A stretch of 64,000 bases of DNA, taken from the NCBI GenBank assembly GCA_965220965.1, contig OZ244852.1, positions 2,784,001-2,848,000 on the forward strand, read 5' to 3'. How positions within the stretch are numbered: position 1 is the stretch's first letter; every line of letters begins with the position of its first letter. A program made the position numbers and the translations under genes. Under the pieces are notes generated by a model. The model made no database searches. It worked only from the letters and a program-made list of their open reading frames with translations, and had not been told where the DNA came from. The DNA is from Candidatus Marinacidobacterium sp. GTDB taxonomy: Bacteria; Acidobacteriota; Vicinamibacteria; Marinacidobacterales; Marinacidobacteraceae. Below are positions 19,577 to 30,763 of this stretch, piece by piece.

Positions 19577-20892
19577 TGGTTCGCCTTCCAATGACCCTGG
19601 GAGCCGCCGCGCTGGCGGTCGGGCTGGCCGCGCCCGCGGCGCTCGCCCAGGAAATGACCCTCGAAGACCTCCAGCGGATCGCGCTGGAGCGCAACCCGAC
19701 CCTCGTCCAGGTCGATGGGCGGCTGCGCGCCGCGATGGCCGACTCGGACCAGGCCGGACTCTGGCCCAACGTCCACGTCGCCTACGCAACGGAGACGGTG
19801 AACGGCCACGAGTCCCACGGCGTCTTCTTCCGGCAGACGCTTCCCATCAGCGGCATCATCGGAGCTTCCCGCAGGGTGCACGACCGCGACGCCGATCTCG
19901 CCCGGGCCCTCGTCCAGGAGCAGCAGATGAAGGTGGCGACTTCGGTCCGGCTGCTCTATCGCGAGGCGCTCATGGCCGAGCACCACATTGCGCTCCAGGA
20001 AGAAGTCGTCGAGCATCTCGAGGAAGTCCTGGTGACGATCAAGCAGCTCATGAACGTCGGGCTCGAGGACCCGACCGATGTGCTCGAGACCGAGATCAAG
20101 ATCCAGCATGCGCGCCTCGACCTCAGCGAGGAGCGCCTCGAGCAGCGGCACATCTGGACCGAGCTGGCGCAGATGGTGGGCGACCCCTCGCTCACGATGC
20201 AGCCGCTGGCGGGGGACGCGCTCGAGCTGCCGCCCGAGCTCGATTACGACACGGAGCTCGACCGGATGCTGACGAACAGTCCGGAACTCGAGAAGGTGCG
20301 GATGGACATCGCGCGTGGCGAGGCCGCCGTCGGGTTCGAGCGCACCGAGACGCGGCCCGACCTCGGAGTCACGCTCGGTCGCCGCTACAACCGCGGACTC
20401 ATCGGGTTCGGTCACGAAACCGAGGTTCTTCCGTCCTGGGAGCTGGCGCTGGAGCTTGATCTTTCCGCACCGATCTGGAACCGGAACCAGCACGGGATCC
20501 GGGCCGCCGAAGAAGATGTTCGCATGGCGCGGGCGGATCTCGACCGCGAAATCCTCCACCTTCGGTCCAAGTTCGCGGACGAGTTCCACGAGTACCAGAT
20601 CGAACGGGATGAGGCCCGGGTCTACCGCGAGGAGATCCTGCCCCGGGCCGAGCAGGTCCACGAACTGGCGCTCGGTCGGTACATGGATTTCGGCGAGGAC
20701 TACGGCGAAGTGCTCGAGGCGAAGGGGCACATCCTCGAGGTGCGCGGCGAGATCCTCCATTCGCTGTCCGAGGCCTGGCATCACACCGTGATGATTGAGG
20801 GGATGCTGCTCCACGGCGGCCTCCTGGTTCCGGAGTTCGAGATCCTCGAGAACACCGGGATGGGCAGCGCCGACACGCCGTACACCAGGTAG
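19573..20892 (+). CDS. TolC-family outer-membrane protein (metal-resistance type)
   Basis: Signal peptide, 'ALERNP', 'PIWNRNQ', 'YREEILP'; overlaps the oxidase stop. Confidence 0.82.
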   Translation: MMVRLPMTLGAAALAVGLAAPAALAQEMTLEDLQRIALERNPTLVQVDGRLRAAMADSDQAGLWPNVHVAYATETVNGHESHGVFFRQTLPISGIIGASRRVHDRDADLARALVQEQQMKVATSVRLLYREALMAEHHIALQEEVVEHLEEVLVTIKQLMNVGLEDPTDVLETEIKIQHARLDLSEERLEQRHIWTELAQMVGDPSLTMQPLAGDALELPPELDYDTELDRMLTNSPELEKVRMDIARGEAAVGFERTETRPDLGVTLGRRYNRGLIGFGHETEVLPSWELALELDLSAPIWNRNQHGIRAAEEDVRMARADLDREILHLRSKFADEFHEYQIERDEARVYREEILPRAEQVHELALGRYMDFGEDYGEVLEAKGHILEVRGEILHSLSEAWHHTVMIEGMLLHGGLLVPEFEILENTGMGSADTPYTR

Positions 20893-20904
20893 TAGCCCGA
20901 CTGT

Positions 20905-20938
20905 CGGGGGCGCGGGCTCGCTCGCCCGCGCTCCCCCG
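20905..20938 (+). terminator. GC-rich hairpin after tolC-like gene
   Basis: CGGGGG-CGCGGGC ... GCCCGCG-CTCCCCCG; weak U-tail. Confidence 0.4.
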
Positions 20939-21020
20939 TTACCTTCTCAATCCGGGGTGCGGGGCCGAAACCTTCGGCCCCCGGGCCGGCTGGCGTTTGC
21001 CACGCCCCCGCGCTGATCCC

Positions 21021-21208
21021 TTAACAGTCTGTTGATGAAGTCCCGTGCAGCGCCGAGAGCGGTGAGGCGCCCGGCCGGCAAGGCGCGTGAGCGAGGAATA
21101 TCGGCAATATTCCGAGCGAAACGGAACGATGAGCGCCCCACAGGGGCGCGGTTCGGCCGGGATGGATCGCCGCTCGAACGCCGCGTGACTTTGTCAACAG
21201 GCTGTTAG
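21021..21208 (+). mobile_element. 188-bp MITE-like structured repeat, copy 1
   Basis: TTAACAGTCTGTTGA...TCAACAGGCTGTTAG; near-identical to 44065-44252 (inverted) and 63673-63860. Confidence 0.88.
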
Positions 21209-21260
21209 CATGCGGCAAGCCGCGTCCGACGCGGCTCACCAGCGAAGAAGGAGGTGGCGT

Positions 21261-23580
21261 ATGCGCCGTTTCTTCGGGATGGTCTTTCGGACGGCGTTTG
21301 TCGTCCTGATGCCGGCGACGGTCCTTGCGGGGGGGCGTTGCGGCCCAGGCGCCTGGCGTTTCGGGCTCGGTGGTCGACCAGCAGAGCCTCGCGCTGCCCG
21401 GCGTCCGGATCGAGCTTCACACCGAAGACGGGGCCCGGGTCGAGGTCGCCATCACCCGCGGTGACGGCTCGTTCGCCATCGACGTCGCCCCCGGGACCTA
21501 TTCGCTGACGGCGCACCTCGATGGCTTCGAGCCGGTCGAGCGCGCCGTGACCGTCACGTCGGAAGGGGTCGTCGTCGACCTGCTCATGGCGATCCGTCCG
21601 TTCGAGCAGACGCTCCCCGTGACCGCCGCGCTCCCGGAGATGGCGACGGAGCAGGTCGTCCCTTCGCGTCAGGTCGAGCAGCGGGTCGCCCAGGACCTCG
21701 CGCTCTCGCTCCGGGAGCAGGCCGGGGTGACGGCCCTGCGGCGAGGCCAGGTGAACCTCGACCCTTCGGTGCGCGGCCTCTACGCCGAACAGATCGGCGT
21801 CTTCGTGGACGGCACGCGCACCTTTGCGGCGGGACCGGCGCGGATGGACTCCGAACTGAGCCATGTCAGCCCCCACGCGCTCCAGTCGATGCGGGTCGTT
21901 CGCGGACCGTTCGCGCTGACCTGGGGCGCCGGAACGCTCAGCGCCATCCGCGTCGAGACCTTCAAGCCCGACTTTCGCGCGGACGGGTTCCGCTTCGGCG
22001 GGCGGGCCGGCTTCAACTACGGGAGCAACGGGGCCACCAAGGACGGCTACGGCAGCTTCTGGGGCAGCAGTGAGCGGTTCCGGTTCACCCTCCAGCACAA
22101 CACCCGCGCCGGCGACGACTACACCGACGGCAACGGAGAGGCGGTGCCCGGCGGCTACGAGTCGTTCGACACCCAGTGGAGCGTCGGAGGCCACCTGACC
22201 GAAGACACCCTCCTTGAGTACAGCGGCGGCCACCAGCAGCAGAACGACCTCGAGTATCCGGGCCGGATCCTCGACGCCACCTTCTTCACCACGAATTCCC
22301 ATGCGGTGGAGCTGACGCACGCTCCGGACGAGGGCCTCGTCCGCGAAGTTGTGGCGCAGGCCTACCGGAACGCGAAAGACCACCGGATGAACAACGACGA
22401 CAAGCCGACGGCGATGGACATGCCGGGGCGCAGGCCTCCCTTCGCCCTCGACGTGGACCTTCCCGCCGAGGCGACCACCACCGGCGGCCGGTTCCACGTC
22501 GCCATGGGCCGGGGCGCCCTCCGCTCCCGGATCGGCGGCGACATCTACCGGTTGGATCAGACGGCGACCCGGACGATCTCCCGGCGCAGCAACGACATGG
22601 TCCTGTTCAGCGACCGGGTCTGGCCTGACGCCCGGGTGAGCAACGCCGGCGCCTACGCGCAGCTCGTGCGTCGGTTCGCCTCGGCGACGCTCGGCGGGAC
22701 CGTGCGCCTCGACCATGAGCGCGCCGATGTTGGCGAGGTCTCTCCGTACTTCCGGGACAACGCCAGCCCCGACCTGTCACAGCGCAACACGAACCTGAGC
22801 GCCGCCGCCAGCCTGAGCTGGAACGTGCGGCCCGGCGTGGTCGTGAACCTCGGCGCCGGCCGCGCCGTGCGCAACCCGTCGGCGCTCGAGCGCTACTCCG
22901 ACCGCTTCCCCGCAGTGAAGTTCCAGACCGCCGCCGAGTTCATGGGGTCTCCGGAGCTCACGCCCGAGAAGAGCCGGGAGCTCAACGCCGGCGCCGTCAT
23001 CGTGTACCGCGACCTGGTGGTCGAGGCCGACGTGTTTCACCGGGTCATCGACGACTACATCACCGTGGCGCCCGATCCGACGCTGACGAAGCGGCTCCCG
23101 CTCAGCCCGCCGGTGGTCTTCCGCTACGTGCAAGGGGGGCAGGCGCGCTACATCGGGGGCGACCTGCGCGTCCAGATCTTCGTGAACTCCTGGCTGACCG
23201 CCCACAACACCGTCTCGTATGTCCAGGGAGACGACACCCGTTTCGATGAACCCCTGTTCGGCCTTCCCGGCCTCGAAAACCGGTTCGGGCTGCGGGCCGA
23301 TGCGCCAGGCCGGAACGTCTGGGCCGAGTTGGTCGTTGCGTCGCAGGCGGAGCAGGACCGGGTCGCGGCCCAGCGGTTCGAGGTTTCCACCAAGGGATGG
23401 ACCACGATCGATCTGAACGCCGGCTTCGCCCTCCGGGATGGGATGGAGATCCGGGCGGGCGTCCAGAACCTGACGAACGCGTTCTACGCCAACCACCTCA
23501 ACTCGTTCAACCCGTTCACGAGGCTGCGCATCGCCGAGGTGGGACGCAGCGTTTACGCCGGCGTGACGGTCGGTTTCTGA
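21261..23580 (+). CDS. OprC-like TonB-dependent receptor, frameshifted at G7 tract 21329-21335
   Basis: GGAGG+ATG at 21261 encodes a signal peptide in a different frame from the body; plug 'RGL....I.VFVDG...ARMD', 'HRM', C-terminal 'GVTVGF'. Confidence 0.8.
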
Positions 23581-23625
23581 ACGGGTTGCGGCCCGCCCCG
23601 CGCCCTCGGGGAGAGCCCTCCCCCC

Positions 23626-23654
23626 TTGATTCGCGGGGGGGAGACTCCTACCCT
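23626..23654 (+). promoter_or_regulatory. Putative sigma70-type promoter of amt operon
   Basis: TTGATT-17 nt-TACCCT, overlapped by a CTCCCCCC/GGGGGGAG inverted repeat. Confidence 0.45.
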
Positions 23655-23716
23655 TGCGCGCAGGAAGCGGCGGCGACGCGCGCTTCGCGTCGCCCGCCGC
23701 AGGAGGAGGAGCGCTG

Positions 23717-25039
23717 ATGTTCAGGCGAAACCACGGAATCGCCCTTGCCCTGCTCCTCCTCGCGGAGCCGGCGCTCGCGCAGGAATCGGGGGGTCCCCTC
23801 GCCAGCGTCGCCGGGCTGGACACGATGTTCGTCCTCTTCTCGGCGTTCCTCGTGTTCCTCATGCAGGCGGGGTTCGGGATGCTCGAGGCGGGGTTCATCC
23901 GCGCCAAGAACACCTGCAACATCCTCACGAAGAACTTCCTCGACTACTGCATGGCGTCGCTCGGGTTCTTCGTGTTCGGCTACGCCATCATGTTCTCGGA
24001 TGGGAACCCCTTCTTCGGGACGAGCGGTTTCCTGCTGGTTGGCGCGGAATCGGGGGCCGATGTTCCGCTGTGGGCCTTCTGGCTCTTCCAGGCGGCGTTC
24101 TGCGGCGCGGCCGCGACGATCGTGGCCGGAGGCATGGCGGAGCGGATGCGGTTCCCCGCCTACCTCGCCTACTCGTTCGTCATCTCGTCGTTCGTCTACC
24201 CGGTCGTCGGCCACTGGACCTGGGGGGGCGGCTGGCTCGCCCAGCTCGGTTTCTTCGACTTCGCCGGCTCCACGGTGGTGCATCTGACGGGAGGGGCCAC
24301 CGCGCTCGTGGGCGCCTGGATGCTCGGTCCCCGGCTGGGCCGCTACAACGCCGACGGCTCCCTGAACGCGATCCCCGGACACTCGGTGCCGCTCGCCTCG
24401 CTCGGGGTCTTCATCCTCTGGTTCGGGTGGTTCGGGTTCAACCCGGGTTCGGCGCTCTCGATGGGCGACGGAGAGCTCGTCTCGCTGATCGCGATCAACA
24501 CGAACCTGGCCGCCGCCGCGGCGGCGGTGACGACCACGTTCATCTCGTGGACGCTCTACCACAAGCCCGATCTCTTCTTCACGATGAACGGGGCGCTCGC
24601 CGGACTCGTCGCGATCACCGCCCCCTGCGCGGTCGTGAGCCCGGCGGCGGCGGTCTGGATCGGCATCGCCGCCGGGTTCGTGGTGGTCGCCGGCGAGAAA
24701 CTGCTGAAGATCATCCGGGTGGACGATCCCTGCGGAGCATTCCCGGTCCACGGCCTCTGCGGCATCTGGGGAACGCTCGCGGTGGGGCTGTGGGGACGCG
24801 AGGGGCTGGGGCTCGGCCAGGAGGGACTGTTCTACGGCGGTGGTTTCGAACAGGTCGGGATCCAGGCCCTCGGGGCGATGGCGTCCGGGCTGTTCGTCAT
24901 GCTGTCCATGGGTCTGGTGTTCCTCACGATCAAGTCGGTCATCGGGCTCCGCGTTTCCCGTTCCGAGGAGATTTCGGGCCTCGACGCCCACGAACACGGC
25001 ATGGAGTCCTACCGGGGCTTCCAGATCCTGGGGTCGTGA
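23717..25039 (+). CDS. amtB: Ammonium transporter
   Basis: 'FLMQAGFGMLEAG', 'DFAGSTVVH', 'WFGWFGFNPGS', 'DDP.GAFPVHG'; RBS AGGAGGAGG. Confidence 0.95.
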   Translation: MFRRNHGIALALLLLAEPALAQESGGPLASVAGLDTMFVLFSAFLVFLMQAGFGMLEAGFIRAKNTCNILTKNFLDYCMASLGFFVFGYAIMFSDGNPFFGTSGFLLVGAESGADVPLWAFWLFQAAFCGAAATIVAGGMAERMRFPAYLAYSFVISSFVYPVVGHWTWGGGWLAQLGFFDFAGSTVVHLTGGATALVGAWMLGPRLGRYNADGSLNAIPGHSVPLASLGVFILWFGWFGFNPGSALSMGDGELVSLIAINTNLAAAAAAVTTTFISWTLYHKPDLFFTMNGALAGLVAITAPCAVVSPAAAVWIGIAAGFVVVAGEKLLKIIRVDDPCGAFPVHGLCGIWGTLAVGLWGREGLGLGQEGLFYGGGFEQVGIQALGAMASGLFVMLSMGLVFLTIKSVIGLRVSRSEEISGLDAHEHGMESYRGFQILGS

Positions 25040-25067
25040 CGAAGCCGGTCCGGCGAGGGTTCACTGC

Positions 25068-25409
25068 ATGAAGCTCATCACTGCTCTCATCCAGCCCGAT
25101 GTGCTCCCTCTGGTCCAGGAGGAGCTCTTCGGGGCGCAGGTCCGCAAGTTCTCGATCACCGCCGGCGTGGGCCACGGAACCCAGAAGGGCTACGAGGCCA
25201 CCTTCCGCGGCGTGACGTCGCAGGTGAATATCCTCAAGCGGGTGCGGGTGGACGTCGCCGTGAACGAGGACTACGTGGACCGCACGATCGCCGCGATCCT
25301 GCGGGGCGCCCAGACCGGGGAGGCCGGTGACGGGAAGATCTTCGTGACCGATCTCCACGACTGCATCCGGATCCGCACCGGCGAGCGCGGCTCGCAGGCG
25401 ATCGGCTGA
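25068..25409 (+). CDS. glnK: PII nitrogen regulatory protein
   Basis: 'MKLITALIQP', 'G.QKG', 'TGEAGDGKIFV', 'IRIRTGERG'; adjacent to amt. Confidence 0.9.
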   Translation: MKLITALIQPDVLPLVQEELFGAQVRKFSITAGVGHGTQKGYEATFRGVTSQVNILKRVRVDVAVNEDYVDRTIAAILRGAQTGEAGDGKIFVTDLHDCIRIRTGERGSQAIG

Positions 25410-25418
25410 GGGGGCGTC

Positions 25419-26834
25419 GTGTCGCTGCGCAATGTCCGCCGGCTGATCGCCGACCGCGACATCCGGTTCGTGGACTTCCGGTTCACCGACCTCCTCGGCG
25501 GCTGGCGGCACATCAGCTACGCCATCAGCGCCTTCGAGGAAGAGATGTTCGTCGACGGCATCGGGTTCGACGGGTCCTCGGTGCGGGGCTTTCAGGGCCT
25601 CGAGAACAGCGACATGCTGCTCCGGCCCGACCCCGAGACCGCGTTCGTGGACCCGTTCTGCGCCGAGCCCACCCTCGCCTTCATCTGCAACGTGAAGGAC
25701 CCGGTGGACCTGAGCCTCTACTCGCGGGACCCCCGGAACATCGTCGAAAAGGCCACGCGCTACCTCGAGGCGTCGGCGCTCGCCGACACCTGCTATTTCG
25801 GACCCGAGGCCGAGTTCTACATCTTCGACGACGTGCGGTTCGACCAGACCGTGAACGAGGCCTTCTACCGGGTGGACGCCGCGTCGGGCGCCTGGAACAG
25901 CGGGCGTGTCGAGGAGCCGAACCTCGGCCACAAGCCCGGCCTGAAGCAGGCCTACTTCCGGATGCCGCCGACGGATCCTTACCAGGACGTGCGGTCCACG
26001 ATGGTCACGAACCTGCTCGATTGCGGCGTGGAGGCCGAACTCCACCACCTCGAGGTGGGAAGCGGCGGCCAGTGCGAGATCGGCATCAAGTACGGGCGCA
26101 TGCTCCACATGGCCGATGCGCTCATGAAGTTCAAGTACATCGTGCGGAACACCGCGTTCAAGCACGGCCGGACCGCGACCTTCATGCCGAAGCCGCTGTT
26201 CGGCGACAACGGCTCCGGGATGCACTGCCACGTCAGCCTGTGGAAGAAGGGCGAGAACCTCTTCTACGACGCGAACGGCTACGCCGGGCTGAGCGACATG
26301 GGTCGCTGGTTCATCGGCGGGATCCTCCACCACGCCGGGTCGCTGCTCGCCTTCACCTGTCCCACCGCGAACTCCTACCGCCGGCTGGTGCCCGGGTTCG
26401 AGGCCCCGGTGAAGCTCGTCTACTCCGAGCGGAACCGCTCCGCCGCGGTGCGCATCCCGATGTACTCGGCGAGCCCGGCGGCGAAGCGCGTCGAGTTCCG
26501 CTGTCCCGATCCGAGCGCCAACCCCTATCTCGCCTTTGCGGCGATCCTGATGGCGGGCCTCGACGGGGTCCGGCGGCAGACCGAACCGCCTCCGCCAGTC
26601 AATGTCGACATCTATGAGATGCCCGAGGAGGAGCAGCGGAAGATCGGGGACACCCCCCCGACGCTGAAGGCCGCGCTCATCGCCCTCGAGGAGGACCACG
26701 ACTACCTGATGGAGGGAGGGGTGTTCACCCCCGATGTCGTGGAGATGTGGGTGCGGTACAAGCGGGCCAACGAACTCGCCTATATGGACCAGCGCCCCCA
26801 CCCGGCGGAGTTCGCCCTTTACTACGACTGCTGA
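25419..26834 (+). CDS. glnA: Glutamine synthetase type I
   Basis: 'FDGSS', 'GPEAEF', 'HHLEV', 'TFMPKPLFGDNGSGMHCH', 'NSYRRLVPGFEAP', 'NRSAAVRIP'. Confidence 0.96.
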   Translation: MSLRNVRRLIADRDIRFVDFRFTDLLGGWRHISYAISAFEEEMFVDGIGFDGSSVRGFQGLENSDMLLRPDPETAFVDPFCAEPTLAFICNVKDPVDLSLYSRDPRNIVEKATRYLEASALADTCYFGPEAEFYIFDDVRFDQTVNEAFYRVDAASGAWNSGRVEEPNLGHKPGLKQAYFRMPPTDPYQDVRSTMVTNLLDCGVEAELHHLEVGSGGQCEIGIKYGRMLHMADALMKFKYIVRNTAFKHGRTATFMPKPLFGDNGSGMHCHVSLWKKGENLFYDANGYAGLSDMGRWFIGGILHHAGSLLAFTCPTANSYRRLVPGFEAPVKLVYSERNRSAAVRIPMYSASPAAKRVEFRCPDPSANPYLAFAAILMAGLDGVRRQTEPPPPVNVDIYEMPEEEQRKIGDTPPTLKAALIALEEDHDYLMEGGVFTPDVVEMWVRYKRANELAYMDQRPHPAEFALYYDC

Positions 26835-26846
26835 GGAGATCGCTCG

Positions 26847-28097
26847 ATGACTCCAGGAACCATCGGAATCGGCATCGCTCTGGGAGCGGTCGCCATCATG
26901 GCGATCCTCGTCTTCATCCGGACCCACGTGGTCGTCTGCGCTCCGAACGAGGCGGTGATTTTCTCCGGACGCAAGGGCCGGTTCCGCATCATGCGAGGCG
27001 GCCGCGGCTTCCGGCGTCCGCTCATCGAGACCGTCTCCCGGATCTCGCTCAACACGATCCCGATCGAGGTGAAGGTCGGCAAGGCCCTGTCGAAGGGCAT
27101 GATCACCATGAGCGTCGAGGCGATGGCGACGGTCAAGATCTCCGGCGACGAGGAAGGCGGGCTCCAGAACGCCGTCGAGCGGTTCCTCGGCAAGAGCCCC
27201 CACGAGATCCAGACGGTGGCGCGCCAGACGCTCGAGGGAAGCCTGCGCGGCGTCCTCGCCACCCGGACCCCCGAGGAGGCGAACGCCCAGCGGCTCCAGC
27301 TCGCGCAGGACGCTTCCGGCTCCGCCCGCGACGACTTCGAGCGGCTGGGCCTGGTCCTGGACACGCTCCAGATCCAGCACCTCTCCGACTCCGAGGGCTA
27401 CCTCGAAGCGATCGGGCGGAAGCAGAGCGCCCTCGTCCGTCGCGACGCCAAGATGACCGAGGCGCGGGCCGAGGCCGAGGCCCGTGACGTGGCGGCCCAG
27501 GCGAAGCAGGCCGCCGTCGTGGCGGAGACCAGCGCCGAGCAGGAGATCGTGGACGCCGAGCACGGCGTGCGGATGCGCCGCGCCGAACGCGCCGCCGTCG
27601 CGAACCGGGCGGAGGAAGTGGCCGAGGTCTCGCGGGCGATCTCCCGCGCCGAGCAGGAGCGCGCGCTCGAAGAGATCCGGGTGGAGCGGAACCGCCTCCG
27701 CGAGCAGGCGGACACCGTGGTTCCGGCGGAGGCCGCCCGCGAGGCGGCGGGCCTCACCGCCGCCGGCAAGGCCGCCAAGATCCGCGAGAACGGCAAGGCG
27801 ACCGCCGCCGCGCTCGCCGAGATCAAGGGCCAGTGGACCGACGAGGAGACCCGGGAGATCATGCTCATGCAGATGCTCCCCCACCTGGTCGACAAGGTGA
27901 CCCAGGTGCTCCAGGGCAACCTGCACGTCGAGCGCCTCACCGTCGTGGACTCGGGAGATGGCGGCGCGCTGCCGAACCACGTGCGCGGCCTCACCGGATC
28001 CATCGCCGCGTTCTTCGAGCAGCTCAAGACGTCGACCGGCGTGGACGTCCCCGCCCTCCTCAGCGGCCAGCAGAAGAAGGACGGCGCCGACAACTGA
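26847..28097 (+). CDS. Flotillin/SPFH-domain protein
   Basis: N-terminal TM, 'PNEAVIFSG', 'LEGSLRGVLA', AEA-rich coiled coil. Confidence 0.88.
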   Translation: MTPGTIGIGIALGAVAIMAILVFIRTHVVVCAPNEAVIFSGRKGRFRIMRGGRGFRRPLIETVSRISLNTIPIEVKVGKALSKGMITMSVEAMATVKISGDEEGGLQNAVERFLGKSPHEIQTVARQTLEGSLRGVLATRTPEEANAQRLQLAQDASGSARDDFERLGLVLDTLQIQHLSDSEGYLEAIGRKQSALVRRDAKMTEARAEAEARDVAAQAKQAAVVAETSAEQEIVDAEHGVRMRRAERAAVANRAEEVAEVSRAISRAEQERALEEIRVERNRLREQADTVVPAEAAREAAGLTAAGKAAKIRENGKATAAALAEIKGQWTDEETREIMLMQMLPHLVDKVTQVLQGNLHVERLTVVDSGDGGALPNHVRGLTGSIAAFFEQLKTSTGVDVPALLSGQQKKDGADN

Positions 28098-28136
28098 CGC
28101 GCCGCCGGGCGCGACGCCGACCGTCAGGACCGCCGA

Positions 28137-28880
28137 CTAAGGCCGGTGGGCCGCCTTCTTCAGGCCTGAACGGAGTTCTTCCTCGTCAGCGAGGAACGCC
28201 GAGGACAGCACCGCGTTCGCCGGGTCCAGCCGGTAGAGCAGCGGGATCCCGGTGGGGAGGTTCCGCTGGCGGATCGCTTCCGGCGTCAGGCCCTCGAGGT
28301 GCATGACGAGCGCCCGGAGGCTGTTCCCGTGCGCCGCGACCAGCACCGGTCCGGCGGCGAGGTCCGGCGCGATGGACGCGGTCCAGTAGGGGACGACGCG
28401 CTCCAGCGTGTCGGCCAGCGATTCGCCCCGGGGCAGGCGTTCCGGGGGCGCGTTCGCGTAACGGGGATCGCGCTTCGGGTTCCTCGGGTCGTCCTCGGGG
28501 ACGAGGGGGGGCCGGTCGTTGAAGCCGCGCCGCCAGGCGAGCGTCTGTTCCGCCCCGAACTCCCGCTCGGCCTCCGCCTTGTCGCGGCCCTGGAGCGCCC
28601 CGTAGTGGCGTTCGTTGAGCTCCCAGGCGCGTCGCGCCGGGACGCCCTCCCAACCGGCCGCGGCCGCCGCCTCGGTCAGGGTGTCCTGGGCCCGGGCGAG
28701 CATCGAGGTGTGCGCGACCCCCGGTCGGAAGCCGGCCTCCAGCAGTGCGAGGCCGGCGCGCTTCGCCTGCTGGCGCCCGGTGTCCGTCAGGGGAACGTCG
28801 GTCCAGCCGGTGAACCGGTTCTGGAGGTTCCACAGGCTCTCGCCGTGGCGCAGCAGCGCGAGCAGCCGCGGGGACGGCAT
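28137..28880 (-). CDS. gpmA: 2,3-BPG-dependent phosphoglycerate mutase
   Basis: 'LRHGESLWN..NRFTGWTDV', 'LNERHYGALQG', 'AHGNSLR'. Confidence 0.95.
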   Translation of the reverse strand: MPSPRLLALLRHGESLWNLQNRFTGWTDVPLTDTGRQQAKRAGLALLEAGFRPGVAHTSMLARAQDTLTEAAAAAGWEGVPARRAWELNERHYGALQGRDKAEAEREFGAEQTLAWRRGFNDRPPLVPEDDPRNPKRDPRYANAPPERLPRGESLADTLERVVPYWTASIAPDLAAGPVLVAAHGNSLRALVMHLEGLTPEAIRQRNLPTGIPLLYRLDPANAVLSSAFLADEEELRSGLKKAAHRP

Positions 28881-28903
28881 GAGCGTCGTAGCCGACCTGG
28901 CGG

Positions 28904-30565
<1,662 letters not shown>

Positions 30566-30763
30566 CTCGCGCGCCCGCTCCGGGCGCGGAGCGCGGACGC
30601 GGCGACGGAACGTCCCACCGCTCGGGGCTCGCTCCGCCGCGATGCGGGGGTGTGCTGCTGGGAGCCCCGAGGGCCCCGGAAGGACCTGCTCCGGTCCCTC
30701 CGGCGCGATTCTAGCTAGCGATCGCGCGCCCGCAAGCCGCTCTCCGGCGGTCCCGTCCCGGCC

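Noticed and set aside
20947-21239. Short ORFs crossing the 188-bp repeats (also near 43961 and 63603-63987)
   Set aside because: Their mutual similarity derives from the repeat; starts and stops differ between copies.
23655-23716. Glutamine (glnA) riboswitch
   Set aside because: Only a simple hairpin; the conserved three-way junction/E-loop sequence was not recognisable.
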